DNA from: Haliotis cracherodii
Taxonomy: Eukaryota
Reading direction: 5' to 3'
NCBI RefSeq assembly: GCF_022045235.1
Contig: NW_027266343.1
Coordinates: forward strand, 43,400,001-43,464,000
Length of the DNA stretch: 64,000 bases
The first letter of the stretch is position 1; each line of letters opens with the position of its first letter. Positions 49,697 through 63,594 of the stretch are shown piece by piece. The notes beneath the pieces are model-generated. The model saw only the letters and a list, made by a program, of their open reading frames with translations, had not been told where the DNA came from and searched no databases. The position numbers and the translations under genes were made by a program.

Positions 49697-52527
49697 TCAC
49701 GCCTGTGTGTAAAACAATCCGTCACGCCTGTGTGTAAACATGTCTGTTACGCTGTATGTAAAACAATCCATCACGCCTGTGTGTAAAACAATCCGTCACG
49801 CCTGTGTGTAAAACAATCCATCACGCCTGTGTGTAAAGCAATCCATCACGCCTGTGTGTAAAACAATCCATCACGCCTGTGTGTAAAACAATCCGTCACG
49901 CCTGTGTGTAAAACAATCCATCACGCCTGTGTGTAAAACAATCCGTCACGCCTGTGTGTAAAACAATCCATCACGCCTGTGTGTAAAACAATCCGTCACG
50001 CCTGTGTGTAAAACAATCCATCACGCCTGTGTGTAAACATGTCTGTTACGCTGTATGTAAATCAATCCATCACGCCTGTGTGTAAAACAATCCGTCACGC
50101 CTGTGTGTAAAACAATCCATCACGCCTGTGTGTAAACATGTCTGTTACGCTGTATGTAAAACAATCCATCACGCCTGTGTGTAAAACAATCCGTCACGCC
50201 TGTGTGTAAACATGTCTGTTACGCTGTATGTAAAACAATCCATCACGCCTGTGTGTAAAACAATCCGTCACGCCTGTGTGTAAACATGTCTGTTACGCTG
50301 TATGTAAAACAATCCATCACGCCTGTGTGTAAAACAATCCGTCACGCCTGTGTGTAAAACAATCCGTCACGCCTGTGTGTAAAACAATCTGTCACGCCTG
50401 TGTGTAAAACAATCCCTCACGCCTGTGTGTAAAACAATCCATCACGCCTGTGTGTAAAACAATCAGTCACGCCTGTGTGTAAAACAATCCATCACGCCTG
50501 TGTGTAAACATGTCTGTTACGCTGTATGTAAAACAATCAATCACGCCTGTGTGTAAAACAATCCGTCACGCCTGTATGTAAAACAATCCATCACGCCTGT
50601 GTGTAAAACAATCCATCACGCCTGTGTGTAAACATGTCTGTTACGCTGTATGTAAAACAATCCATCACGCCTGTGTGTAAAACAATCCGTCACGCCTGTG
50701 TGTTAAACAGTCCGTCACGCGTGTAAGTAAAATAATCCGCCATGCAAGTGTGTAAAACAATCCATGACGCCTGTGTGTAAACATGTCTGTTACGCTGTAT
50801 GTAAAACAATCCATCACGCCTGTGTGTAAAACAATCCGTCAGGCCTGTGTGTAAAACAATCCGTCACGCCTGTGTCTAAACATGTCTGTTACGCTGTATG
50901 TAAAACAATCCATCACGCCTGTGTGTAAAACAAGCCGTCATGCCTGTATGTAAAACAATCCATCACGCCTGTGTGTAAAACAATCCGTCACGCCTGTGTG
51001 TTAAACAATCCGTCACGCCTGTGTGTTAAACAGTCCGTCACGCGTGTAAGTAAAACAATCCGCCATGCAAGTGTGTAAAACAATCCATCACGCCTGTGTG
51101 TAAACCAGTCTGTTACGCTGTATGTAAAACAATCCATCACGCCTGTGTGTAAAACAATCTGTCATGCCTGTGTGTAAAACAATTCGTCTCGCCTGTGTGT
51201 TAAACAAATCCGTCACGCGTGTAAGTAAAACAATCCGCCATGCAAGTGTGTAAAACAATCCATCACGCCTGTGTGTAAACCAGTCTGTTACGCTGTATGT
51301 AAAACAATCCATCACGCCTGTGTGTAAAACAATCCGTCATGCCTGTGTGTAAAACAATCCGTCACGCCTGTGTGTAAAACAATCCATCACGCCTGTGTGT
51401 AAAACAATCCGTCATGCCTGTGTGTAAAACAATCCGTCACGCCTGTGTGTAAAACAATCCGTCACGCCTGTGTGTTAAACAATCCGTCACGCGTGTAAGT
51501 AAAACAATCCGCCATGCCAGTGTGTAAAACAATCCGTCACGCACGTGTGTGAAACAATCCGCCATGCCAGTGTGTAAAACAATCCTTCACGATGTTTATA
51601 TAACAATGAGTCACGCCTGTGTGTAAACAACCCTTTCACGCCTGTGTGTAAAACAACCCGTCACGCCTGTGTGTAAAACAATCCGTTACGCTTGTAAGTA
51701 AAACAATCCGTAACGCTTTTAAGTAAAACAATCCGTCACGCCTGTGTGTAAAACAATCCGTCATGCCTGTGTGTAAAACAATCCATCACGCCTGTGTGTA
51801 AAACAATCCATCACGCTTGTAAGTAAAACAATCCGTCATGCCTGTTTGTAAAACAATCATTCACGCCTGTGTGTAAAACAATCCATCATGCTTGTAAGTA
51901 AAACAATCCGTCACGCCTGTGTGTAAAACAATCCGTAACGCTTGTAAGTAAAACAATCCGTCATGCCTGTGTGTAAAACAATCCGTCACGCCTGTGTGTA
52001 AACAACCCTGTCACGTCTGTGTGTAAAACAATCCCTCACGCCTGTGTGTAAAACAATCAGTCACGATGTTTATATAACAATGAGTCACGCCTGTGTGTAA
52101 ACAACCCTTTCACGTCTGTGTGTGAAACAATCCATCACGCCTGTGTGTAAAACAATCCGTCACGCCTGTGTGTAAACAACCCTTTCACGTCTGTGTGTAA
52201 AACAATCCGTCACGCTTGTAAGTAAAACAATCCATCACGCCTGTGTGTAAAACAATCCGTCACGCCTGTGTGTAAACAACCCTGTCACGTCTGTGTGTAA
52301 ACAATCCCTCACGCCTGTGTGTAAAACAATCAGTCACGCCTGTGTGTAAAACAATCCGTCACGCCTGTGTGTAAACAACCCTTTCACATCTGTGTGTAAA
52401 ACAATCCCTCACGCCTGTGTGTAAAACAATCCATCACGCCTGTGTGTAAACAACCCTTTCACGCCTGTGTGTAAAACAATCCGTCATGCCTGTGCGTAAA
52501 ACAATCCATCACGCCTGTGTGTAAACA
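49697..52527. repeat. 25-bp minisatellite (~110 units) with variant subunits
   Basis: Unit TCACGCCTGTGTGTAAAACAATCC(G/A); recurrent variant AAACATGTCTGTTACGCTGTATGT. Confidence 0.97.
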
Positions 52528-54384
52528 TTTCTGCTGGCCACCAATTTGAGTACTCATGATAACAAGTCGTCATTTTGACCAACCGATCGCCAAAAAATAC
52601 TCGGTAGGTACAAGGCGTCGAATCTTGATCTGTGCATGAACAAACGGCTGTTGATGTAGAGTTTTAACTATTACTGTGAATGTGAAACTGCATGTGCAGC
52701 GATGGAAATTTTTAGTCCTATAATCTTTGCCAAACAGTCCAATAGTTAAGTATCACAAGGACTAGTAGAAATATGCCATTTATAAGGGTTTTGCTGCATT
52801 ATAAGGACACATGTGCTATTAAAAAATATTTATTTCTACCACTGATGTATAAATAAGGGTACATTATGTCTAATCAGCTTAACAACGTCAACACATTCAC
52901 TGAAATACAACTACAGTTATTAACCAACACCAGAGACCATAAATACATTTACTTGTATAGTATCCGTCAACTCACACAAGCATTGTAGCAAGACCCCATG
53001 TTACAAGGAACGCTGCCAGCATTGACTTCCCACTGAAGCTCCCACTCCGATACGTCAACCAGTCGCCCCACGCTGATGGTGAAAGAAGCGGCCTCACAAT
53101 CCCTGTCGGCCATCACTGTCAGCGCCGCGGGGGACTTGGGGACATCCGGGTATTTACATCCTGCCAACCTCGGGCACTTCCGACAGCAGTCAGAACTGTC
53201 ACTCCACGTGAGTTGGACCTCGGATATGAGAGCGGCATGTGGACACTTATTAAGGAAACGAGTTTCAGCATAGTATCAGCTGACTAACTAACTAAATTTA
53301 AGTCCATTATCTTCAGTCCCGGTTTCTGTATCTTGTGAGACAGGGATACCCTTAGGTACCGGCGATTCTAATGTGCTCTGCATGCCGACAAATTTACTGG
53401 AATAAGGTTATGTCTGAAAAAAAATTTTTAGTCAGCAATGAAAAGTTGGAATTACTTATTATACATTTAACCTCTTTTACTCGAAACTCCATTGAAATTA
53501 TTGAAACCCATTGAAAATATATCGAGCTGTTCATAGTTCTTAGAAGTGCCGATGTTAGACCATTTTGTCTTTAAGGTTCTGTATGGACAATAAGTAATAT
53601 CATCCTTACGATATATCGAGATAATTGTAGATCCAGTCAGAGGTTATACTGTAGCTGCATTTACGTTCCCCGTGTATCAGATCAAATAACGTTTTACGAC
53701 GCAATTACGGTTACACAATAACCGTGAATTAAACTGCAATCGGGGTCTGCTTTCGCACAATTGGGGCATTAAACGAACGTAATACCACGTCGTCACAAGA
53801 TTTATGTAAACACAAATAACTCAAAAAACTATAACAAGCGAAACATGTTTTTCACATCAACACTTTCAAATACCAATGGAAATATCAAATGTCTTTATAT
53901 TTCTAAACCTCCAATATCCCAACAACCTGCAGTGAAGGAGGATGCAATAGGGTCCTAAATTTGGGACTAACAACCTATTTATATCACCTTTATAACATGA
54001 CGTTATTCGATCTACAAAATAGATGGTAAACAATTCTTGGAAATTGTCCTTAATATGTAATAATGACATCCCGCAATAACACTATAACGGCCTTGGTAAT
54101 TACGTGTTATTTACGTCACGACTGAACTGATGGCATCGGGCGTCTGGATGAAGGGCGAACGTTGAGTTTTCTGACAGTAAAACAATAACACTACCATTCC
54201 CTAGCGAAATGTCAGTACCATATACAAAAATAATTACTTACGAAATAGGTACGTAGATACGTATTTTCGTACACGATGACATTAATTTTCTGTTGATGTA
54301 AATTATTGATTACTGCATAGAGATTCCTAAGCTTTAACGACCGTTATTTGACATTTATGCCGTTTTTACAATGTTAATATCGCT

Positions 54385-54590
54385 AACGTTGACGTAGCCG
54401 CGGGTGACTGTCACTGCGCATGTTCCAACTGTCGCCCTCTGCCGTCGAAACTGACGTACCTGACATGCGCCTTAGGGCATACATTTCCTCCCAGCCTCCT
54501 CTCTCAGCGCCACCTGCCGACCGGAAGTAGCCGGAAATTATCAACAGAGAAACAGCGTTCTTCCCTTCGCTGATTCGCCGGCCGGATATA
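54385..54590. promoter_or_regulatory. CpG-rich promoter-like motif cluster (CRE half-sites, NRF1-like, CTCF-like, tandem ETS)
   Basis: tgacgt twice, tgcgcatg (54415), cagcgccacctgccg (54505), ccggaagt (54521), ccggaaat (54531). Confidence 0.45.
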
Positions 54591-55110
54591 CTTGTTGGCT
54601 TGATGTATACTTGTCATAACTAAATGATGATGTAACTGTAGCGTATATGCCAGTGTGAGAGGCATTATCGACTCCTCATACAAGCAAAACGCACGCCTAA
54701 GCTTTGGCATTTCACATGCAAAAATCGCCGAAGAAGAACTAACAGTCTGGCTAACAAATGAGCCTTTTGTTCACTAAGCTCAAGGACCGTCCCTGTGATA
54801 TTTTGATGAGTGGGTTGGTGCTTTTGAAAAAAAAAACGTTCCTGAAAATTCTGGGAGAATAATTTGTTTATAATTTTGGTAAATAAAAATTCTGAAAAAG
54901 GATGTTTTGTGGCCTTGAATCTTTTTGAAGCGTGTTTCCAACACGCATTCCATGGTTCCCCAGAGTGGTAGTGTGGAGGTGTAATGTACTTTAGATGTAA
55001 AATACTTATCCGGTTATGTTAAAGCCAATTTACATTGACTCGGCTAATCTGCTTCAGGCTGTGTGTGTAACAAGGACCTTTTAGTCGCTAGTCACAGGAG
55101 AGTGGGGGCG

Positions 55111-55277
55111 GGGGGCGGTCGGGTAGCCAAGTGGTTAAAGCGTTCGCTCCTCACGCCGCAGACCCGGGTTCGAATCCCGACATGGGTACAATGTGTGAAG
55201 CCCATTTCTGGTGTTCCCCGCCGTGATATTGCTGGAATATTGCTAAATGCGGCGTAAAACCAAACTCACTCACTCAC
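55111..55277 (+). mobile_element. SINE family A, full length
   Basis: Consensus match; cacaggagag on both flanks. Confidence 0.93.
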
Positions 55278-56369
55278 AGGAGAGGGAGGGGCTGCTATGC
55301 TTCATGGTCGGGGCATATTTCCTTCCAGTCCTAGGTCAAGACATTGAAATAAGTGTCATCTGTGAAACTGAGACATAATATACATGTCATTAAGGTAATT
55401 AACAGCTGGGCTGATGTAGATAAGACAAATGTGATTATCAGACTGTGGTTTGAACCTGGGCGGTTAAAAGGGGTTGTCGACCCAGAGAATCAATCAGGTA
55501 AAAGTTTGGCTAGAACTCTTCCAAACAAACAGTTTAATTAAACCCAATATCCCCTTTCCCCCAACACATTCCCTCCACCACAGTGGTTGTTGGTTGACGA
55601 TCCAATGTCCCATGAAAGTTGTAAACGCCTTGACCCCTGCAAGGAAATCGCCTATTCACCTGCACAAACTAATTCGCGGAGCTGATTCATTTGTCACGAA
55701 CATAGGTGCTGCTGGCATGAAGTAGTGTGAACTAAATCACACGGTGACATGCGCACTGCTATATCAATTACACGTGACCCCTGTCACGTGCCACACCTGG
55801 GGTCATTGCGAGGCCAACTAATTTCCACTGCTTCAACGAGTTGACAGAATGATTTAGGGAACGATCACGTGTGCACCCAGTGTAGGTTGGTGGAGTATGC
55901 ATGTTATTGTAAAATATCTTACTCCATAAAAAACATCAGTTGGTGGTTGTGCAGTTCTGGTGGTTAAAGCGTTCGGTCGTCCCGACGATGGTCCGGGTTC
56001 GATTCTCCTCATAGGTACAATGTGTGAAGGCATTGTCGTAAACGTTTAGTGCCATATACTACTGAGCATTAGTTAAAGACAAAAATAGTCATCTTTTGTC
56101 AAATGTGTGGTCCTTAGCAAATGTTGAGTGGTATATATCATAATAAAGTATTATATGCTACAGAAGATGCGAGTAGCAGGATTTGAATGGCTGGGTTTAT
56201 ACTTTCTAGGATAAACAGTTTTGTCAGAGCCAAGGTTGGAGGAGATGCCTGAAGTCCCGGGTTCGATTCCCAAAAAAGGATGTTTGTTTTCATGCATGTT
56301 TGGAATATTGCTAATATGGGCGTAAAACCATACGCAGTCACTACAATCACCATGACTATAATGAGATAA

Positions 56370-56529
56370 GGGGCGGTCGGGTAGCCTAGTGGTTAAAGCG
56401 TTCGCTCGTCACGCCGAAGACCCGGGTTCGATTCCCGACATGGGTACAATGTGTGAAGCCTATTTCTGGTGTCCCCCGCCGTGACATTGCTGGAATATTG
56501 CTAAAAGCGGCGTAAAACCATACTCACTC
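56370..56529 (+). mobile_element. SINE family A, full length, young
   Basis: 15-bp TSD actataatgagataa. Confidence 0.96.
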
Positions 56530-56591
56530 ACTATAATGAGATAATACGCAATAGTATAACTATAAATGGAAATGATCCAGCCGAATGATGA

Positions 56592-56827
56592 TTGTTTGTT
56601 GTTTAACGCCGCACTCGGCAATGTTCCAGTAATATGATGGCGGTGTGTAAATAATCGAATAAGGACTAGGCAAGCCATTGATTGACATAATGAGCATCAA
56701 TCCACGCAAATGGGATACGATGACATGCATCAACCAAGTCAGCGAGCCTGACCACCCGATCCCGTTAGTTGTCTCTTACGCCCTTTACGGCAAGCATGGG
56801 TTGCTGAAGACCTATTCTTCACGGGTC
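56592..56827 (-). mobile_element. Family C
   Basis: Reverse-complement consensus match with small head deletions. Confidence 0.9.
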
Positions 56828-57839
56828 TCCAGCAGTGTAGGCAACGATCCAAGCCATTAGGTTGCGATGACACGCAGTCAGTCATTTGCAGAACCTCCAT
56901 TCTATTTAGTCGGCTCTTACCTCCACGTAGAGGGATCTATTGTTCTCAGCTGACACATGGCTGATTGTGTATCAGTATCCTGTAGTGGTGAATCGTTGCT
57001 CACACTATCAACCCCTGGTTTGTGTGACCAAGATGCAAACCCGTCACTATGTAACAAACTTACGTAAACCAATATTCACTGGCAACCATACTCGAGACAA
57101 AATGGTCATGTAAAGGGAGACAATCGGGATCAGTCCGGAGCTATCAAACCTGATACCTTGCCTTGAGGGATACGTGAGACTATCGGGCAAACTATGAAAC
57201 AGACAGTAGCAATTTGGAGCGAATATCCGTAATTGATTTTTACTTTCATTTGATCCTTTTTCTTTAAACAATTGAGCTTCGGCTGCTCAAAGATGCACAG
57301 CGCTGATAATGGTTCTCGGAGCCTAAGGGTACGTTGTTCATTAGGACACTTTCAATGTTTGCTCGCGTGGCCTGTTCGTCTTCGCTGCTTTCAGAGACCC
57401 CTAGCGGCCATTTAGTCGCGCTTCGATTTCGCTTTGTTTTCATATTGGAAATAATAACAAAAATCCATATTCGCGATTGTTTTGTTTGAAAACAACAAGT
57501 TTTGAGAATCGTCTCGCCCCTGATAACAAGATCGATGAGAGGGGTTTTTTTGTTGGCCGTTTTGGAAAACGTAGTCATTGCTTAAGAACCATGGTATGTG
57601 AGTCACTATGGCGATCAATCCCCGCTGACAGACACATCACTGGACGTAAGTCTGGAAACCGAGGGCCTTCTTATCATATCAATGGATATGGAAGCCAAAC
57701 AAATTGTTCCGGAAATCAAAGACTAAAGAGTTGTTTTTTGTGTGTATCATACCCCCATCATGTTTAGTTGGTTTTGGAACAATAATAGCAAATATATTGT
57801 GGTTGGCGTTTACTTTCCTTACACTGTACCAAGGGGGAA

Positions 57840-57905
57840 ACCCGTGAAGATCCGGGATAGAATAGGTCTTCAACAGCCCATGCTTGTCGTAAAAGGCGAC
57901 TATGT
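57840..57905 (+). mobile_element. Isolated family C head
   Basis: acccgtgaagatccgggatagaataggtcttcaacagcccatgcttgtcgtaaaaggcgacta. Confidence 0.85.
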
Positions 57906-57939
57906 TTGTCCTAAAAAGCTTACTGATACTGTGAAAGCA

Positions 57940-58010
<71 letters not shown>
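57940..58010. repeat. (CT)n microsatellite
   Basis: Direct inspection. Confidence 0.98.
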
Positions 58011-58012
<2 letters not shown>

Positions 58013-59055
58013 CGATTGTTCCTCACGCCCTAAACCCAGGTTCGATTCCAGACATGGGTATTATCTCCCGTGATCAAACACACAAACGCGTGCCATCAAG
58101 CTGTCAAATGTCCTAAATGTCAATGTCACCTCGGTGCTGTCTTAGTCGCATCAGAAGCTTATGAAGCCCACGGTTGCGAAAAACAGTTAGATCCCTGGAA
58201 GAATTTCCCAAAATGACTAGCAATATTTGAGTCTCTTAATCCATAAATCATATCAACACGAAATAGTCGTTAAGAAGGCTAATATTACAAAGACATTTAA
58301 ATCAATTTCAATTTTGGCAGTCGCATTTATATCTATTATTTGTCTGAATAATATTTGCTTATAATAACAAGGTATTAAGCTTAAAGGTCTTCAGACTGGG
58401 CAAAACATACAAACTTATTAACATTTAACAAAATTGAAAAAAATGCCCATTACACATTCGAATGTGATGAATACCAAGATTACCAATTTCTGTACAATGG
58501 ACAACCAGTATTTTACAAAATTACATTGACTTAAAACTTCTGAAAACAAAATCCTAACTCACGCTAACAATTGTTAAACCGAAAATTATATTTGTTTACG
58601 ATTTTCCACGTTTTCTCAGCATTGCTGCAAAATATTGACCATCCTAAGATACCTATTTTGCTAAGTCCACGCCTTTAGCTGATCATCGGAAAACAGTACA
58701 AGAAACTCATTAACCAGTATTGACACACGGTCCATTAAACCTACATCGCAGGAATCGACCGTTCCTTATAAAATACACTTATGAAAAGAACCGCTCGAGG
58801 CATATTTGTAAGCAGATGTACAGCGTGACGGCAGTGTTATCGGGATTTTCACGCGAATAGAACTCTTATCAACGCAACGGACTATTCGTTGAATACGCGC
58901 CAACTGTCTAACGAAATTAAGATTGACTATGTCAACAGTTTCGTATTTTTCTTCCAAACATGCAGAGCTGGTTTAAGCCGCGAGTGACGTATGATTTCCC
59001 ATGATGCCATGTGACTGTCACGTGTCATGCTCGGTTCTCATCTCCTGCCTCGCGG

Positions 59056-59070
59056 AGCGCCCTCTGCTGG
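59056..59070 (-). promoter_or_regulatory. CTCF-like motif
   Basis: agcgccctctgctgg, i.e. CCAGCAGAGGGCGCT on the minus strand; motif match only. Confidence 0.5.
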
Positions 59071-59975
59071 GTGATTTGGTGTTATTACTGTAAACAAATG
59101 ATATCATTTAGTATTACTAGCCGTCAAATATTGGCGCTACTGGAACAGTGAGATGCGTTTTTAATTTGGGAAACAAACAGTAATCACTGGAATTGCCGTT
59201 AACGCTCAATCCTCCATATTATAGCTGCATCCGTTGATCAACAGTTATAATTCTACGACCTTTTAGCGTCATTAAAGTGTGTGTCGGTAATACACTTCTA
59301 ACTGTATAACAAAGTCCGGATTTCCATACAAAAATACCATACATATTATTCATTTTTGTCTGTTAGTTTGGACAGTGTAAGAACTCCTGTCTGGACTGAT
59401 GATGAATTTCCGTTTCTCGACCACAAGTTACAAAACCACGGGGGGATGCCTGGTTCCAACAGGCCTATGCATCATACATATACTGGTTGTAAGAGGCGAC
59501 CAAATGGATCGGGGGTGGTCAGCGTTGGTTAGCTGCGTGTCATCGTACCCGACGGCGCTGGTCGTTGCTCATAATATCAGTCAGTGGATTGTCTGGTCCA
59601 GATCAGATTATTTCCACACCACAGGAGTAGTGCGGCGTTAACAAAAAGGCAAGTAAAACAACGTAGACGGTGGCAACGTTTGTTATTTGTTACCCTTCGA
59701 TTTTGGCTTAAATTTTACGTGACTAGACGATAATGTTGACCGAGAGTAATTTTCTGGTTTGTTTATTTTTCAAGGTATTAAAAACTTCTATTTTTCAAAT
59801 TCATGGTCAAGGTATGTCCCCAAACATGATTCTATTTTTCGTCTATTAATTATCGTTAAATAGTATGAGTAATGGTAATCATTGTTATCATAATAATAAT
59901 CCCTTTGACAATAATAAATAAAACAATACAACAATTGAATTCGAAGTTAACGTGATTCCTAAACAACAGTTGTGA

Positions 59976-60340
59976 ACCCGTGAAGATCCGGGGGGAAATA
60001 GGTCTTCAGCAACCCATGCTTGTCGTAAGAGATGACTAACGGGACCGGATGGCCAGGCCCTATTGCGTGGATCGATGCTCGTGACATCAAACACTTGATT
60101 GTCTGGTCCATTATTGACAGACCGCCGTCGAGTGTGGCGTTAAACAACCAACAAAATTTGGATACACAGTTACGACATGACAAAACTTGGTTCTTGCATG
60201 TCATCGTATCCAAATTGCGTATATCGATGCTCATGATGTCAATCATTGGATTGACAGGTCCATGCACGATTATTTACAGACCGCCGTCATATAGCTGGAA
60301 TATTGTGGAATATGAGTGCGGCGTGAAACAACAAACAAGC
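59976..60340 (+). mobile_element. Two tandem family C copies (59976-60153 deleted; ~60190-60340 headless)
   Basis: Consensus matches. Confidence 0.85.
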
Positions 60341-61209
60341 GAAGCAAAGCAGGAAAACCCCATATCTCCCTTTAGATTTCATTAAATCACAATTATAAGT
60401 ATACCATTGTAGATAGATATACATTTACACTCTTAAAAACAATCGAAATAGACGCTTCTGTATATACACTGTTACTTTTGATAAAATGTTATTATTTTAT
60501 TTTGTATTCGAATCAATCACATGAGGTCAATCTATCAAATTCGCATTTCAAAAGTAAGTTCACTTTTGTTGTATTTAGCCAATCAAAACGAAACGTAATG
60601 GCATTTGTGATATATGTCTCTGATAAAGACCACTTATAACCTACTCTCTACTTCTTGGAATTATGGTTTTATTCAGTAGACTTGTGAATGTAATTTGAAA
60701 TGGTTAGGATATTGAATTAAAAGTTAAATCAAATTCGACTTACCTACCAATTTGAAAAAAAGAAAAAGTCGATGATAAACAGGAATAGTTTCTATTTGGC
60801 ATTTATATGTCTATTTAATAAAGCATTCGCTGTCATGTCCCCAGAGAGGCAACTGAGCGATGAGCCTAGCGTATTTGCGACAGTCAATAAAGTCCCCGTG
60901 TTCGTTCTTAAAGCACTGCAACATCGACTACAACATTGACTACAACCACTACAGGCGATAATGAGGAGCAGAGGAAACGGCATCAGAAATTACATGTTCA
61001 CATTAATTTCATATCCTCATCTGCTTGGTACCTATTCTGATGCCTTGTGGCAATTTATTAAGTTTTTATTAAGCATTGTTTCCGATTCCATCGTTTGTAT
61101 CGAGTTGCTGTCTAAATGAATTGTCCATTGACGATCCACGTGACATTTAGAACCGGAGAATCAAGTCACGTGGAAGATTGGCGTGACCGGGTTATAGAAG
61201 TGAATACCT

Positions 61210-61296
61210 TGGCCCGGTTCCACAAAGCGATCTCCCATACTTAAACATAGGCTTACGACAGTCGTAGCGCTAAGATCGCTTTGTGGAACGGGTCCC
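61210..61296. mobile_element. Short palindromic MITE family M2 (possibly PIF/Harbinger-type termini)
   Basis: Arms ggcccggttccacaaagcgatct and agatcgctttgtggaacgggtccc. Confidence 0.8.
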
Positions 61297-61919
61297 AGGT
61301 CGTAGCATGTGTGAGTATTGTTTTACATCGCCTTTAGCCATATTCCAGCGTGGTGGGTTTTACAAGTGGGGAATCGAACCCCGATTTTCGGCGTGACGAG
61401 CGAGCACTTAACCATTGGGCTATCCCCGTTGACGGAAATGTGTATGAGTGAGTAAGATAGCGTGTGTTGTTTAACGTCACAGACAATTATTTTCCAGGTA
61501 TTTAAAGTCGGCTTTTAAACATTCGGGTCAAGGCCCGTGACACCAGTGGTTGATAGCATGAACAAACAAACCACGGCTTCGGGCACAGTGACACTCGTAA
61601 CCACCGAACCACGTGGGGCTCAAACTACTACCGTCGATATATCCTCAGTATATCCTCAGTATATCCTCAGCATGCTGTATCTTCTGATCGGACACTGGGT
61701 GCCTTTGTGATCCCAAGCGCCCCAGAGCTATGTTCTTTAGATGCAAGGAGTCATCAGATTCGACCTCGTGTTTTCCGTGCACTCGTGTCCACTTGTGTCT
61801 CCAAAATATAAACTGACACGCCACGCCACGCCACGCCACGCCACGCCACGCCATGATATACTGTAGGTGAAATAGTCTTTCGATTCATAAACTCGCTTAA
61901 TCACCTTTCCGACTGTGCT

Positions 61920-62182
61920 GGGGGCACGGGTGGCCCAGTCGTCTTAGGCGGTGCGATTCGCTGTGAAGAGTTGCGTCCCTTGGGCACGCCAGAAACCTAT
62001 GATTGTGGGTTCGAATCCTGATTCGCCGACTTGATTGATGTATGTCATTCATCCCAATTGCGTGGATCGATGATCATGATATATTAATCACTGGATTGAC
62101 TGGTCCAGACTCATTATTTACAGACCACCATCATATAGCTGGAATATTGCTGAGTGCGGCGTTAAACAACAAACCAACCAAC
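61920..62182 (+). mobile_element. Chimera: family B tRNA-like head joined to a family C body and tail
   Basis: B head to ttcgcc (~62027), then gacttgattgatg ... tgagtgcggcgttaaacaac of C type. Confidence 0.85.
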
Positions 62183-63594
62183 TTCGAATTTGTGAATGAG
62201 GTGGTTAGTTTGTGGTGTGGTTTAATGCTGCTTTGTGCAGTATTCCTGTTATATCACGACATGCCAGAAAGCCCGAAGCGAAGTGATGAGACTTTTTACG
62301 TTTGTACTTTAGTCAAGAATCTTTATCATAATGGATCTCGGATCTTTCCAAAAAATAAAACTCCTCTGTCCAACAAATACCAAAAGTAAAATAGTTTGTA
62401 AACTAAAGTAAACAGACATGAATTCTTCCACTACGTCTAAACAGGTAACGATTCCAGGTAATGTTGCCATCAGCGTTGTTAATGGTGAATAACGATCTCG
62501 GTCAACAAACAGTTATTTCAATCCACATCAAAGGCGCCGCCGCACTTTAAACTCACAAAACCGTGACGAGCGGGGAACCGAGATCCGCAACACCTGTAAT
62601 CTACAATAGACAGTAGGAGTGTGAATAGCGTGTATGATTAATGGATTAATGGTGTGTTTCTCCGTATGTAAACTCCTCACCAAACAAAAACTCGTGTGAA
62701 CAAACAGCTTAAGTGGTTTAAAATGGGGCATGTGAATCGACCTAGGTAGATACCTCGTCAAGCGGAACAATTACTTGAACAAGTGCGTTCAAATAATAAT
62801 TAGGTCAATGTGACAACAGACAATTTAGAGACTCTTGCCTGTTTTTTTCCAATTACGATGTATATATCATCGAGTGAAGTTTGAAAACCATATTTTCCGA
62901 AATAACGAATGAAAATGTTTTTCAGACTTCAAGAGATGAAAAAAAGTATATTTATCATATAAAGTTGACGCTAAAATACCCCCTTTTTCGAAGATTTGTC
63001 AACAGCTCGCCAAGTCGCATTCTCAGTCACGACAGTGATCGACAGCTTATCCGTAAAATAGTTCCTCATTAAAACTTAACAAACAAAAACACCAAAAATT
63101 ATGTTTTTATAATTTTCAATATATATTGTTGATTCTCCATATTTGGAAGAACATAACATCTTAGAAAATGAAATTAAAGCTGTTTTGTTGTGCACCATGG
63201 GAAAGGTGTACAGGTATAGAGCAAAGCGGCAATCAGGGCAAAGATCAGTAGTCCGCTTCGCCGCAAGTTTGTGGAACTAAAGTCAAACAACAACACAACA
63301 TACTGCAAAGTGTTGGGTTTTTTTATAATATGAAAGTTGTATGACGTCAAGTAGTCAAAATCACAAGGTTAAAGGAGACAACATTCAAGGGCGGTAACTC
63401 TGGATGAAAATCGTTCCGTCATCCCAGGGCACTGGTTTTTATTTTGATGACAGTGAAATATGACTTTTGACGAAAATAAGACTTATTCTTTGATATATAA
63501 CTGCATATGTCACACGCATGTAAACAATAAAGTGATTTATTTCATGAGGAATTCACGTACGGGTACGATGACACACAATCAACAAGGTTCCCAA

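Noticed and set aside
52967-53273. GC-rich block with short ORFs as a coding exon
   Set aside because: No recognisable peptide or consistent splice-site pair.
56370-56445. tRNA gene
   Set aside because: It is the head of a family A SINE with a TSD and lacks a complete acceptor stem; the same holds for the other copies.
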